Shown one piece after another: positions 13,431 through 25,292 of a DNA stretch of 64,000 nt (position 1 is the first letter of the stretch; every line of letters starts with the position of its first letter). Made by a program: the position numbers and the translations under genes. Source of the stretch: Eledone cirrhosa (Eukaryota); assembly GCA_964016885.1 (NCBI GenBank), contig OZ024743.1, positions 250,108,001 to 250,172,000 on the forward strand, given 5' to 3'. The notes under the pieces are model-generated. The model was not told the DNA's origin, did not search any database, and saw nothing but the letters and a program-made list of their open reading frames with translations.

Positions 13431-16400
13431 CTGAACCACAAGAGTCTTACTAAGAATATTTTAAGCTGTAATCATGTCACAGATATCTCAGTAGCCATAA
13501 GTGAATATCAGACACATCTTTCTGGATTTTTATCCATCATCTGTGATATTTACTCACTGAGACAAGAATAAGTTTACAGTTTATATGCCTTTCTTTAGTT
13601 TGAAACATCAGCTGGAGATGCTTGTATGCCTATAGTGCAAATAAAACACCATTTATACTTAAGTGTATACCATAGTTATGTCGGCAGCTAGCTAATCAGG
13701 TACTATGACGAATCAGAGCAGGAATTATGAGAGCAAATAAATGTCTTTAAATCTACATAACAATATTTGAGTTAAAAGAACAAAACAATATATTTCATTG
13801 TGTAATTAATTCCATTGAGTATTTCAAACTGAAATAATATTCTCTATACTTAGTTAACTCATTCATTTCCAATATCCAAAGCATTGTTGATGATAATGAT
13901 GTAGTAAAAGACAAATACCATTTACGTTGATTTTGTGACAAAATGTTTTTGTTTTGTTTAGTTTGGTGATGTTTACCATAATCTAATTTGTATTGAGATT
14001 TTCTGTGAAATCCCTTATGTAAGGTGATTATTAAAGAAGCAATAATGACAAGAGATTAATTTGATATTTGATGAGTTAAGAGGCCAGACATCTCATGCTG
14101 ATGATATTGATCAATATTTTGATGAAATGCTTCCATCATTCATTTGTTCAACCAAAAGAGACGTGTCGGATTCTTTGTGTAATAAAATGAGGAATGGAGG
14201 GAGGCCAGCGCTGCTCTTAAATTCAAAATGGTTTATAATGGATACACAATAAAGAACAGTGCCAGAGAAAAGGGTGGATGTTTCAGAATTGTTTATTCTG
14301 AGATACACATTCAAATAAATCCAGACTTAAACTAACTGAACTAATTGGGTCCAACATCTAAGGGGGCCCCACACTAGAGTAATCTACTCATCGCTCATTA
14401 ACTACACAAAAAACACATCGCCATATATATATGAGGATGTTGTAGTTGCTTGAACTGTAAGCACAATACATGGTACCCTGCTCCAATTATATAAGGTGTA
14501 GTTGGCTTGAACTATAAGAACAACACAAGATATCCTGCTCTAATTTTGTTTCCCCAACTCTTCTTTTGATGAAGAGATTTTATCCTGAAATATTAAGGAC
14601 TAATTAAAGACCTCCGTGGTAACATTCCAACAATTTTTCTTAGCATTATTTTAAACATTTAATGTCCTACTGGCATTGTTGTTGCCCCATAAACACTATT
14701 TTCTGCAATATATGTATATAACATCCTATTAGGCTGCATACCTCTTAAGGCTGGCCGTGCTTTCAGAAAGGTGTTGAGTTCAAAGTTCAATGTAATATAT
14801 ATTTTTACAAGAAAAATGTTAACAGTGGCTTTACAGTTTCACTTGTGGTTTGCTTTGTCAGACTGCAATTTCTGTAGTTGTTGGTGCTGTTTATATGCAT
14901 GGGTTGGTTATGTGGGTGAAGGCCAGAATTTATAATGGTTTATAATGAATGATCTGGAAAAATATGGGCTTGGCTAAGTTTAAAATGCCCAAGACACACT
15001 GTAATGTCACTACATTACCACTACAACTCCACCAGAATGTAGGGGTCCAAACGTGTATACATGATGGATACATAAGCAACAACAGTGTGAGGAATAATTG
15101 CTGTTTTGGAGAAAATGGGTTTTGAGACATGTTTATTGCGAAACATAGTCTAAGATAGGTGTGTATGAAACAATTTAGAGTTGATTGACATTAAGAGTTC
15201 AATGTAATATATTTATTTTTCCAAGGAAAAGTTTCATATTGACATCAAAGTTTTGCCTGTGATTGGCTTTCTTAGACTGCAATTTCTGTAGTGGTTTGAT
15301 ACAGTTTACATGTTGTGATCTAACTTGTAGGTGGAGGACAACGTTATTAAATACATCATGGTTTAGAAAATGCTATGAGTCAAACAACTATTATGACCAT
15401 TATTCAATTGGCTACTTGATACTTTAATAAAAGTAGAGTGTGGACATTATTTATTACATATAGGCCCACTGTTTCATTGGTTCAACTCAATCATAAAAAC
15501 TTTCATTTAGAACATTCAATATGTGATATGTATATGTGTACATATATGTATGTGCACATGCATATTTATATATGTGCATGTGTGTGGATATATACATATA
15601 TATGTATGTACATGGGTGTATTATATGTATGTGTGTGCATGTATATGTGTGTGTGTGTGCATGTATGATGGCTGTCTCTTGATTTCAAGTGTGACCCCCT
15701 ACCTTCTGATAATGTGTTAATATTGAAATTATTATTTCTAATTTTATTATTTGTTGTTTAAAAGTTTTTATATCATTTGTGTGTGTGGTCTGTTTTTCTT
15801 TTTCTATGTCCGTTCCTGAAGTGGTAGAAAATGAAAATAAACGCTTGTGTAAACATTTTGTAATATATTACACAGCTGATTTGTACACAATTTGATCAAA
15901 TTTGATCAAATAACAATTCATAGTCTTTGATGAAAGTCATATATACCTTTGACTAGCGGCAGTAATTTGCTTTCAAGTACAATGATGTCTGTCGTAGAAC
16001 CAGAGAAAGGAAAAAAAAAATAATAAAAAGATAAAAATCACCTATAGCAGAACAGAATAAAGATTTATTGAATTAGATATATGATGCTCTTATATATTTT
16101 ATTAGATATGAAGATCTGAAAGTTTATTCACAAGGAAAATAAGAACTTGCACTTGCTCTTCTCTTCTAAAGCACATCAGATGGAAACATTCCAGTCAGGA
16201 ATCCACCCAATACAGTAATGCTGCTAGACAATATATTTGATATTTATTGCTGGGCTTGTTTGTGGGTTATTAACATTGAGAAATATCAATTATATATATA
16301 CATATATAAGCCAAAAGAGTGATATAATCATCCTCATCATCTTAGTTGTCCCAATGTCAATAACTATAAAAGTAGCTGATATATATATATACACACATAC

Positions 16401-17105
16401 AAAGACAGCGATAAGTGTAAATAAGAGAGAGTCTGTGGTACTCTTACTTTATTTATGAAGCGAAATGACTTCAACCAAACTCATCATAATATAAATAATA
16501 TACATCTCTCGCTCCCTATCATCATCATTTAACATCCATTTTACCTGTTAGCAAGGGTTGGGCATGCCTTCACAGACTAAATTAGTACTTAAGCAGGGAT
16601 ACTGACCTCTCGGATGAGCAGGGATCCTATGTTCTACCAAGTGCAGTTTATCGTGGCACAAGCACTAGGGAGGATGTCATATCTTTGAAGCTCCCAATCC
16701 CTTGCTTGGCAGGTTTTCTATAGCTGAATGTCCCTTCTACACATTATACTGGGTATATTTATCATGTAGATCACTAAGACTAGGAACATTGTCATTCCGT
16801 TGACATACCTGAAGGGTCTCCCCCCTCTCTCTCTTTCTCTCTCTCTCTAGATATATATAGACACACACACACACACAATATATATGGGACACTATCAACA
16901 AAACTGCAGTCACTGCCAAAATAGGTACTCTGTTTAGAAGTGTCTAAAACTATACATTTGAAATGGAAAGAAATATAATAATGGTTGATCACTATAAATC
17001 GATTTTCTCAAATATTTATAGTGATCAATTATTATTATAGTTATTTACATTGGGACGACTACATTTTAAATCTAAAATTTACTCAATGATTCTTAAGTCA
17101 ACCAC

Positions 17106-17150
<45 letters not shown>

Positions 17151-17225
17151 TATACATATACACACACATATATACATATATATATATATATATATACACA
17201 CACATATATATACATATACACACAC

Positions 17226-17274
<49 letters not shown>

Positions 17275-17370
17275 TATATATACATATACACACACATATA
17301 TATATATATATATACACACATATATATACATATACACACACACATATATATATATATACACATATACATG

Positions 17371-17404
<34 letters not shown>

Positions 17405-17416
17405 CACATATACATG

Positions 17417-17450
<34 letters not shown>

Positions 17451-17462
17451 CACATATACATG

Positions 17463-17494
<32 letters not shown>

Positions 17495-17506
17495 CACATA
17501 TACATG

Positions 17507-17564
<58 letters not shown>

Positions 17565-17944
17565 CATATGCCTATATATTCACATACACACAGACGGTGT
17601 GAATGAGAAAAAGAATGAAAGGAAAAGAAAGCAAATAAAAGAAAGAGGGGGGAGAGACAAAGCAAGAGAAATTATTCATAAGTGAGTGCTGCTGAGAAAT
17701 TTGATCAGCATATTTCCTCCAACTACCATTGAACGATATTGGCAGCAAGTATAGAGACGAGAGATCAATATTATCAATAAGTGTCAAAAAGTTAAAGGAA
17801 AGCTAGCAACAAGAGAAACAAAGAACCCGTATTTAGTCTTTTCTGTGGAGTTTGAAGATAAAGATTGTTTGGAATATTATTATTACTGCTATTATTATTA
17901 TTATTATTATTATTACTATTATGGTTGTTGTTGTTATTATCATA

Positions 17945-18180
17945 CATAGGACAGTGGATTGGCAGTATCGGTAGAGAATCACACAATATGCTTTATGGTA
18001 TTGGGTTACGTACCTTTACAATCTGAGTTCAAATCCTGCCAAGGTTAGTTTGCCTTTCATCCTTATGGGGTCAATAAAATAAAGCAGCAGTAATGCACTG
18101 GGGTCAGTTTAATCGACTTTTCCTCTCCTCAAACTTGTTGGCCTTGTGCCGAAATCAGAAACCATTATTATTATTATTAT
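17945..18180 (+). mobile_element. tRNA-derived SINE (family S2, Meta/MESC-like core)
   Basis: A box TGGCAGTATCGG, B box GAGTTCAAATC, core GCCTTTCATCCTTATGGGGTCAATAAAAT, (TTA)n tail; other copies near 5085-5280, 38545-38705, 39630-39790, 41740-41930 and 53610-53740. Confidence 0.75.
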
Positions 18181-18186
18181 TATATA

Positions 18187-18835
18187 GGTGCAGGCATGAT
18201 CATGTGGTTAAGAATTTCGCTTAGTAATCATGTTATTTCAGGTTCAATCCCACTGTGTGTATAGGCAGCACGTTAATAAGAGTGTTTTCAATTACAGCCA
18301 TGGGTTAAGCAATACCTTGTGACTGAATTTGATAAATGGAAACTGAAGAAGCCCGTCATTTATATGCAAGTGTGTGTGTTTCAATTTCTATGTTACATTT
18401 GGGACTGTTTGTAAGTTAGCTGTTTGACAAAAAGAAGTCAATGAAATAAGTACCAGACATAAAAAAATAATGTACAAGGAGTTGATATGATCAACTAAAT
18501 CAAGGCGATGACCCAATATGGCCGGAGTAAATAACTGAAACCAGTAAAAGGAAAGTGCTCTAGAATTATTACAATCTAATGAAACTAATATGATAATAGT
18601 GCTCCAGAATTTCCACTGTCTGACTAAATCCTGTAAAGGAATAGTGCCTCAGTATAGCCACTGTATAATGAGTGAAACCACAATGGCTTCAGTCAAATAA
18701 CTGAAACCAGTACAATAGTGCCCTAACATGGCAACAGTCTAATGACTGAAACTGGTAAAATGATTGTTCTCTAGAACTTCAACTGTCTAATGATTGAAAC
18801 AAACAAAATAATAGTGCCTCAGAATGACCACATTG
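18187..18835 (+). mobile_element. tRNA-derived SINE (family S1) with a tandemly amplified 3' tail
   Basis: Head GGTGCAGGCATGATCATGTGGTTAAG..GGTTCAATCCCACTG; ~45-bp tail unit GTGCCC.AG.ATGGC.ACAGTC.AATGACTGAAAC.AGTAAAA repeated about 8 times at 18500-18835. Confidence 0.7.
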
Positions 18836-19735
18836 TTGTCATGGGGTTTACTGAGCAACTAAGTTCTCACATTTGATTTCACTGTGTATATTAAAACTTT
18901 TAGCTGAACAACGTCTTGTTAGTGGAATTTGGTAGGATTAGGAACAACACAATCAGGAAAATGGAGAGGGACTTCATCACACAACAACAAAAGGGTATGA
19001 TGGTTCAAACATGTCACGTGAATGCCAAACTACCAACCTTACCAACCAGCCTATCATAACATAAGGATGTTTAGACACAAGGCCTGAGCCTGATCTAAGG
19101 TGAAGTGGATTGATGGCAACAAGAAACCCTGCTCTTACCTAGCATCACACAAGGACAGGTCTTTCAACTCCCCACAGAATGACAGCTCCTTCTAGTGACA
19201 CTCTTAAGGTTTCAAGCAGAAATGAGAAAAAAGTGTGTCTGTGTGTCTTGAAACACAGATTATTTATATTATTTTGTCTCTTTGAGAAATTTCAAATTTT
19301 CTGTGGGAAATTTATTTCTAGGCTGTGTCTACCAACAAAATTAGATCAATATATTTTAACAATTCATGAAATTTAATCCCCAAACGATCTGTCAGATTTG
19401 AATTGATTTGTCCCTGTTTTTTCATGTCTTTCTGTTATTTTTTTTTATTTTCTTTAAATCTTTAACGTTTATCAAAATTCTGTAGGAAATAATTATGGAC
19501 AGTTCAAGACTATTTTAATAATAGTATGTTGGAAGAAGACTAAAAGAAAACCAAGAATATTCCTCTAAAGTTTTACATATGTTTTATGTTATTAATTTTA
19601 TTTAACCTTCAAAATATGGTTGCGAGTGTTTGTGCACAGGAAAATCACTTGCCGGATTGTAAAACCAAAATAACATATTTAAATTTGGTTGTTACTATAT
19701 TGAGAAAACATTCAGTTTTATGAATTTATATTTGT

Positions 19736-20286
19736 TTAACTCTTTCATTGCCATAATTTTATTGAAACACACAGCTTGTGAATTTCAAATAATTTTGAAA
19801 ATAATCAAGAATTTGGAGATATTTAGTAATATAACTAATTTACTTGTCATTAAGCTGGTGTTTGGAACAAAACAAAGGTTCTTAGATGAAATTATGATGG
19901 AAGGTTTAGATATATATATTTCTAATAACAGACACTGTCATTGATTTTCAAATCCTTTTGAAAATAATCTAAAATTTGGGAGGAATTAGTATAATAACTT
20001 ACTCTTTCTTAAGCTGATATTTGGAACATAAAGGTTCTTGTATAACATTATGATGTAAGATTTTTATATATAAATTAACACTTTAACCCTTTCATTACCA
20101 TACTTTAATGATATTTTTGAAAATAATCTAAAATTTGTCATTATTCCATTTTTCTGAAAATAACTTATAAGTTCTTGCACAAAATTATGATGGAAAGTTT
20201 TTAGTTAAATATAAACACTTTAAAATAAGTAGCTGAGTATTATAGAACCAGGGTGGTTTCAGATCATTTATTATTACAAGGTTTAA
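19736..20286. mobile_element. piggyBac-type MITE, family A (three partial units)
   Basis: TTAA at both ends; repeated TTTTGAAAATAATC..AAATTATGATGGAA blocks. Confidence 0.6.
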
Positions 20287-20712
20287 AATGTGGTCGCAAT
20301 TGTTTGTGCACAGAGAAAAGCATGTTTTTTTTAAAATCATTTCCCAGATTGTAACACCAAAATAATATATTTGAGTTTGGTTGTTACTATATTGAGAAAC
20401 AAGTAGTTTTATAAATTTGTATTTGTTTAAATAGAATTTTGAGGACATTATTTTTTTTTCAAAGTATTTCTTCAGAAAATAAAACAAAATTACTGCATCA
20501 AATGTTTACTTTGGAGAATATTGCCAAGATATTTCTTGTCAGGAAGAGGAACAAGGAAGAATGGTGTCATATTCTAACCAACAAGTTGAAAACTAAATAG
20601 CCCCCAAAGACTTCACCAGTGTGTGATTCAAATCATGTAAAATACAAAAACGTTTGTTCTACATCTGTTTTCAATTGAAATTATCTGAAAATATTAAGCT
20701 AAAGACAACAAA

Positions 20713-20755
<43 letters not shown>

Positions 20756-20766
20756 CGTATGTATAT

Positions 20767-20833
<67 letters not shown>

Positions 20834-21589
20834 AAGAGAGGGCTGTGTTTGTACTATTTTCAAAAGTTTCCATGTTGAAATAATGAAATACTGCTTTCCT
20901 AATGGAACATGTGACTAAAGTGAAAAAAACTAGTTTATTTACAGATTTATTTATTTATTTACTTACATATTCTATTTTTAACAAACCAATTCAGTGTTTC
21001 TGAGCAGAGGAACACAAATAAAAATAAACAGGATAAACTTAAAAATCACTCAAACTAAGCAATTTAAAGTAAATAAAGAAACAAGATTTTAACTGAAATG
21101 AAAAGATTTATCATCACCATCCTCATCATTTAATGTCAGTTTTCCTGTTAGCAAGGGTTGGACATGTTATCACAGATCTGTTAATACTCATGTGGTGCCT
21201 CTAATCTCCAGGTGGGCTGGGGGCACAACATACGATTCCACATTTTATCGTGGTACCAACTCTGGGAAAATTCTATTATGCTTGGTATAGCTGAAGAATC
21301 CTCCCAATCCTTTATTTGGCAGGTTTTCTATAGCTGGATACCCTTCCTACCACCACACATTTTACAGAATACAGGTTATCATGTAGATCACCAATTCCAA
21401 AGAGGTTATCATGTCTATGTCTCAGCTGAAAAGAGTTACCAACCCTTTGTCTGGCAAAGAGTGTACTTACTGCCCTTGTGCCAATGTTAAAAATAATTAT
21501 TATACACTGGTCTATTCAGATAAGTGTCTTCATCTATCTATATATACATACATACACACATATACTGGGCCTATATTTTTTGGTACTTT

Positions 21590-22060
21590 ATCAGCCAAAG
21601 TCACCTTCTTTATAAATCACATGATCATACTAGTGCAGTCTTCTCTTTTGAACTCTACATCTGATTCTTCTTGTACTCAGCTTTTTTCTCAGCTCATTGA
21701 TGCTTTGCCATTCATCAAAGCATGCCCACTTCATTTATCTCTAGCCTTCAGATATTCTCAGTATTCACTGCCCATGTCACACTAGCATGTAACATAGCAA
21801 ATTACACACAGGCAGCATAAAATCGACCTCTTGTTCATTGGTTCATTGCATGAAAAATGTTGATGTCAACAGAAATAGTAGCTTCCATATTTTTCTGACT
21901 TGGTTATTCTCTAGCTACTATGCTATCTCAGTGCAACAGCCTCCACTGCTAATTAGATCACCTAGGTAGAAGAAGCTATCAGCCACATCTATGGATCATT
22001 CTTAGGATTGGAAGAAGTTTACTTTACAGATGTTCTTTCTACCAACTATCACTGTTCGCC
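21590..22060 (-). mobile_element. Highly degenerate RTE RT fragment
   Basis: Nucleotide similarity to 36200-36600 (CCCATGTCACACTAGCATG, CTAATTAGATCACCTAGGTA..GAAGCTATC). Confidence 0.6.
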
Positions 22061-22927
22061 TGCCATATATCAAAGTAAATTATTTCTGTTAGTACACGAT
22101 CTTGTCACAGAAGTAGCAGCGCAAAAAATAAATGGATAGAGAATATAATAGTTTTTGCATGTTTTTTAATGGCTAAAATCCACTATGTGTTTTGTATATG
22201 TGTGGAATTAATGTGTTTCATAGGTGGTGTGTTCATGTTTGTGTGCATGTGTTTTTGTGCAAATGTGCTTGTGTATGGTTAGGTGTTGCATCCACGTGTG
22301 TGGGACAATATATGTGTGTATATATGTGAGTGTATGAGTTGTCCCTATGTCTCCCAATTTTCTGTTTTGTTACTCTCATCTATCTTTCTGTTTCTTCTTC
22401 TCTCTTCCAAACATGCTCTCTTCTATCTCTCATTCTATCTCCTCTTAAATGACTAGAGTCCAAAACATTAAGACTCTTTTCCAACTATATTAATCATTAA
22501 ACTAATATATAATCATTGTATTGTATTGTTCTCTGGTGTTGTTTTTCCATTACTTTTCTTATGTATATGTATGTACATGTGTGTATACAGACATTTAACA
22601 GATTAGTCGACAGTTTGCAAAGATAAATAAATAAATATATAAGCCGTGGAATTAATTAATAAACACATCTTAAGACTGACATAGTTTAACACAATTATAC
22701 TAATTGCTTTAGAGTGCTTTGAATTACTTATATTCAATATATTTACTACCTTTCATAAAATATCCATGTACCATAACAAACAAAGCTGTTTGTACAAAAT
22801 AGAGACAAGAAGTTCTTGAACAAAATTACAAAATAAATATAATTTCTTTGACGCCATCACTGAATTGACTGAAGTTAAAATTTTCTCAGCAGGAATTTTA
22901 CCAATAAAATTTCTTTTGTCTTCTAGT

Positions 22928-23348
22928 TTAACCCATTTGATATCAATCCACTCTAAATTTTCCCTGGTTCAAAGCTGTTTGTTTTAAAGTGCCTATATTT
23001 ATGTAAAACATTTCTATCATTATTATATATAAGAACCTTTAAATTACGTTCCAAACAACAGCTTAAATCATTCCAAAACATTAATGATTTTCTAAATGAT
23101 TTGAAGCTCATAGATAGAGTTTTACATTAGAAATATGGTAATGGAGGAGTTAAAGTGTTTATTATTATCTAAAATCTTTTCATTATAATTTTATGTAAGA
23201 AGATTTGTTATGTTTGAAATATCAAATAAATAATAAGAAAGTTATTTATATTATTAAATCCCTCCAAATTCTTGATTATTTTCAAAATTATTTGAAAATC
23301 ATAGGGGACAGTGTTTATCATTAGAAGCATGGTAATGAAAGAGTTTAA
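22928..23348. mobile_element. piggyBac-type MITE, family A (two units)
   Basis: TTAA-CCCATTT start, AAAGAGT-TTAA end, internal family A motifs. Confidence 0.6.
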
Positions 23349-23581
23349 TACAAAAACTACTCAAACAAAATTGTAAAATAAATAAAAATTTCTTTGACGC
23401 CATCACAGAACCGATTAATGTTAAAATTTTCTCTGCAGAAAATTAACCAATAAACATTCTTTTGTCTTTTGTTTTAATCTCAGTGATGAGGAGGAGGAGG
23501 AAGTAGAGAGAAAAAAGAAGAAAAAGATGAAGAAGGATGGGAAGAAGAAGATAAAGGCTTTTGATCTCACAAGTAACTACT

Positions 23582-23637
<56 letters not shown>

Positions 23638-24280
23638 AAAATAAAGTGAAGCTACAAGGAGTGGCCAAAATGTTTTCTCTGTTAAAAGATGCACAATTGG
23701 AATACTAAAATATCTCTGCAAGTAATTGACCTGAAATTCTACAATTCTATAATATATATTCCTTCGTCTGAGACTTGGAAATACGGAAACTGGTGAGGGA
23801 ATTCTAATAACAAAATCAAAACACAAAGATAAAATAGAGACAGGATTGTTTTAATATCGGAGAAAACCAAAAACAGAAGGAAATGAGAGAAGATAATTAC
23901 TTAATGGGCTAGTTAGACAACACTGTAAACGTACACACAAACAAACAAATGTAAAGACATATGGCTAAGTGGTTAACATGTTAGACTTATGATCTTAAGG
24001 TCCCTGTTTCAATTCCTGGACCAGCTGGCATATTGTGTGCTTGAGAAAAATATTTAAATTCACATTGATCCATTGATCCGTTTACCAGGAGAAGTGACTG
24101 GCAGATTTTATCAACAATAGAAAGACCAATGAAAACATGGTTTCCTTGGTCTGATGATCAGCTTTCCTCTTTTTCTTCCTTTCCTTTAACATGAACAGAA
24201 AAAATTTCCCATAAAACATTCGCATTATATTATATAATGAAATCATCCTCAGGCTGAAAATATATCCTAAAAAAAGTATA

Positions 24281-24623
24281 TCATCATCATCATCATCATT
24301 TCATTTTACGTCCGCTTTTTCCCTGCTTGCAAGAGTGGGACGGGAACTGATTCTGGCTTGATTTCTGCAGCTGGATGCCCTTCCTAACACCAACCTCATT
24401 TACAGTGAGTGCTGGGTGCTTTTTTTGCCATGGCACCTCCACGACCACTTTGCAGTGGAATGATATGGACCCCAGTCCCTATCATCTCATTTCTACAGCT
24501 GAGTAAACTGGAGCAATGTGAAATAAAGTGTCTTGCTCAAGGAAACAACACATCACCCGGTCTGAGAATTGAACTCACAACCTTTCGATTGCAAGGCCAA
24601 TGCTCTAACCACTAAACCATGTG
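24281..24623 (-). mobile_element. Chimeric SINE: tRNA-like head, CORE-like segment, RTE family A 3' tail
   Basis: A box TGGTTTAGTGGTTAG, B box GAGTTCAATTC, TCCTTGAGCAAGACACTT; last ~40 nt nearly identical to the 3' end of the LINE at 35952-36010. Confidence 0.75.
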
Positions 24624-24647
24624 CCTGTATATGTAATATATATATAT

Positions 24648-25292
24648 ATCGAACTAAGGAAAAAATTAGAGATAAGAGGGATCAGATGTTGTTTACTCGA
24701 GAGAAGGCTGCGTTGGTATGGACACGTGATGCGCATGAAAGTCGATAGCTGTATTACAAAGTGCAGGGCAATAAAGATAGACGGTAGCCACGGAATAGGC
24801 AGACCTAGAAAAACATGGGATGAGCTGATAAACTCCGACCTCACACACTTACACCTTTCCAAGACAATGTCACTGGACCGTGACCTTTGGCGGTACTCAG
24901 TAACAGAGAAGACCCGCCTTGCCAGTAGGCATCTCTAACAAAATACACCCCTCCCGCCGCCACCCCCACCCCATCCACACCACCCCGTTCTATGTAAAGT
25001 TATGTTGGTGCCGCGCCATCCAGGCCGAAACAAATGAGATCGTGTAGGTGTCACGACAAAAAAACACACAGTCCACGCTGTAATGTGGCCGTGTAGGCAA
25101 CACGGTAAAAACCTCCCAGACCCACACTGTAAATGTGGTTGGTGTTAGGAAGGGCATCCAACTGTAGAAAACCTGCCAGACAGTCCTATGCGAGCAAGAC
25201 AATCACTCTTGCCTCAAGTGGGACTACCCCCGTCCAAACCCATGCAAGCGTGGAACACGGACGTTAAACGTTGATGATGATGATGATGATGA
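24648..25292 (+). mobile_element. 5'-truncated RTE LINE, family B
   Basis: ERRLRWYGHVMRM..GRPRKTWDELI; 3' UTR ending GGACGTTAAACGTT(GAT)n; near-identical to 44900-45570; flanked by (TA)n. Confidence 0.92.

Noticed and set aside
14061-14314. Coding-looking ORFs (also 7678-7908 and 32353-32610)
   Set aside because: No recognisable motif or convincing splice-site pair; possibly old transposon debris, but unsupported.
18500-18835. Regularly spaced repeats resembling a CRISPR array (also 8770-8890 and 2443-2570)
   Set aside because: Units are contiguous and diverged with no unique spacers; there are no cas genes and the context is eukaryotic.
24545-24623. tRNA gene candidates with A and B boxes (also 28700-29020)
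   Set aside because: No complete cloverleaf; the sequence continues into SINE core and tail, so these are SINE heads.
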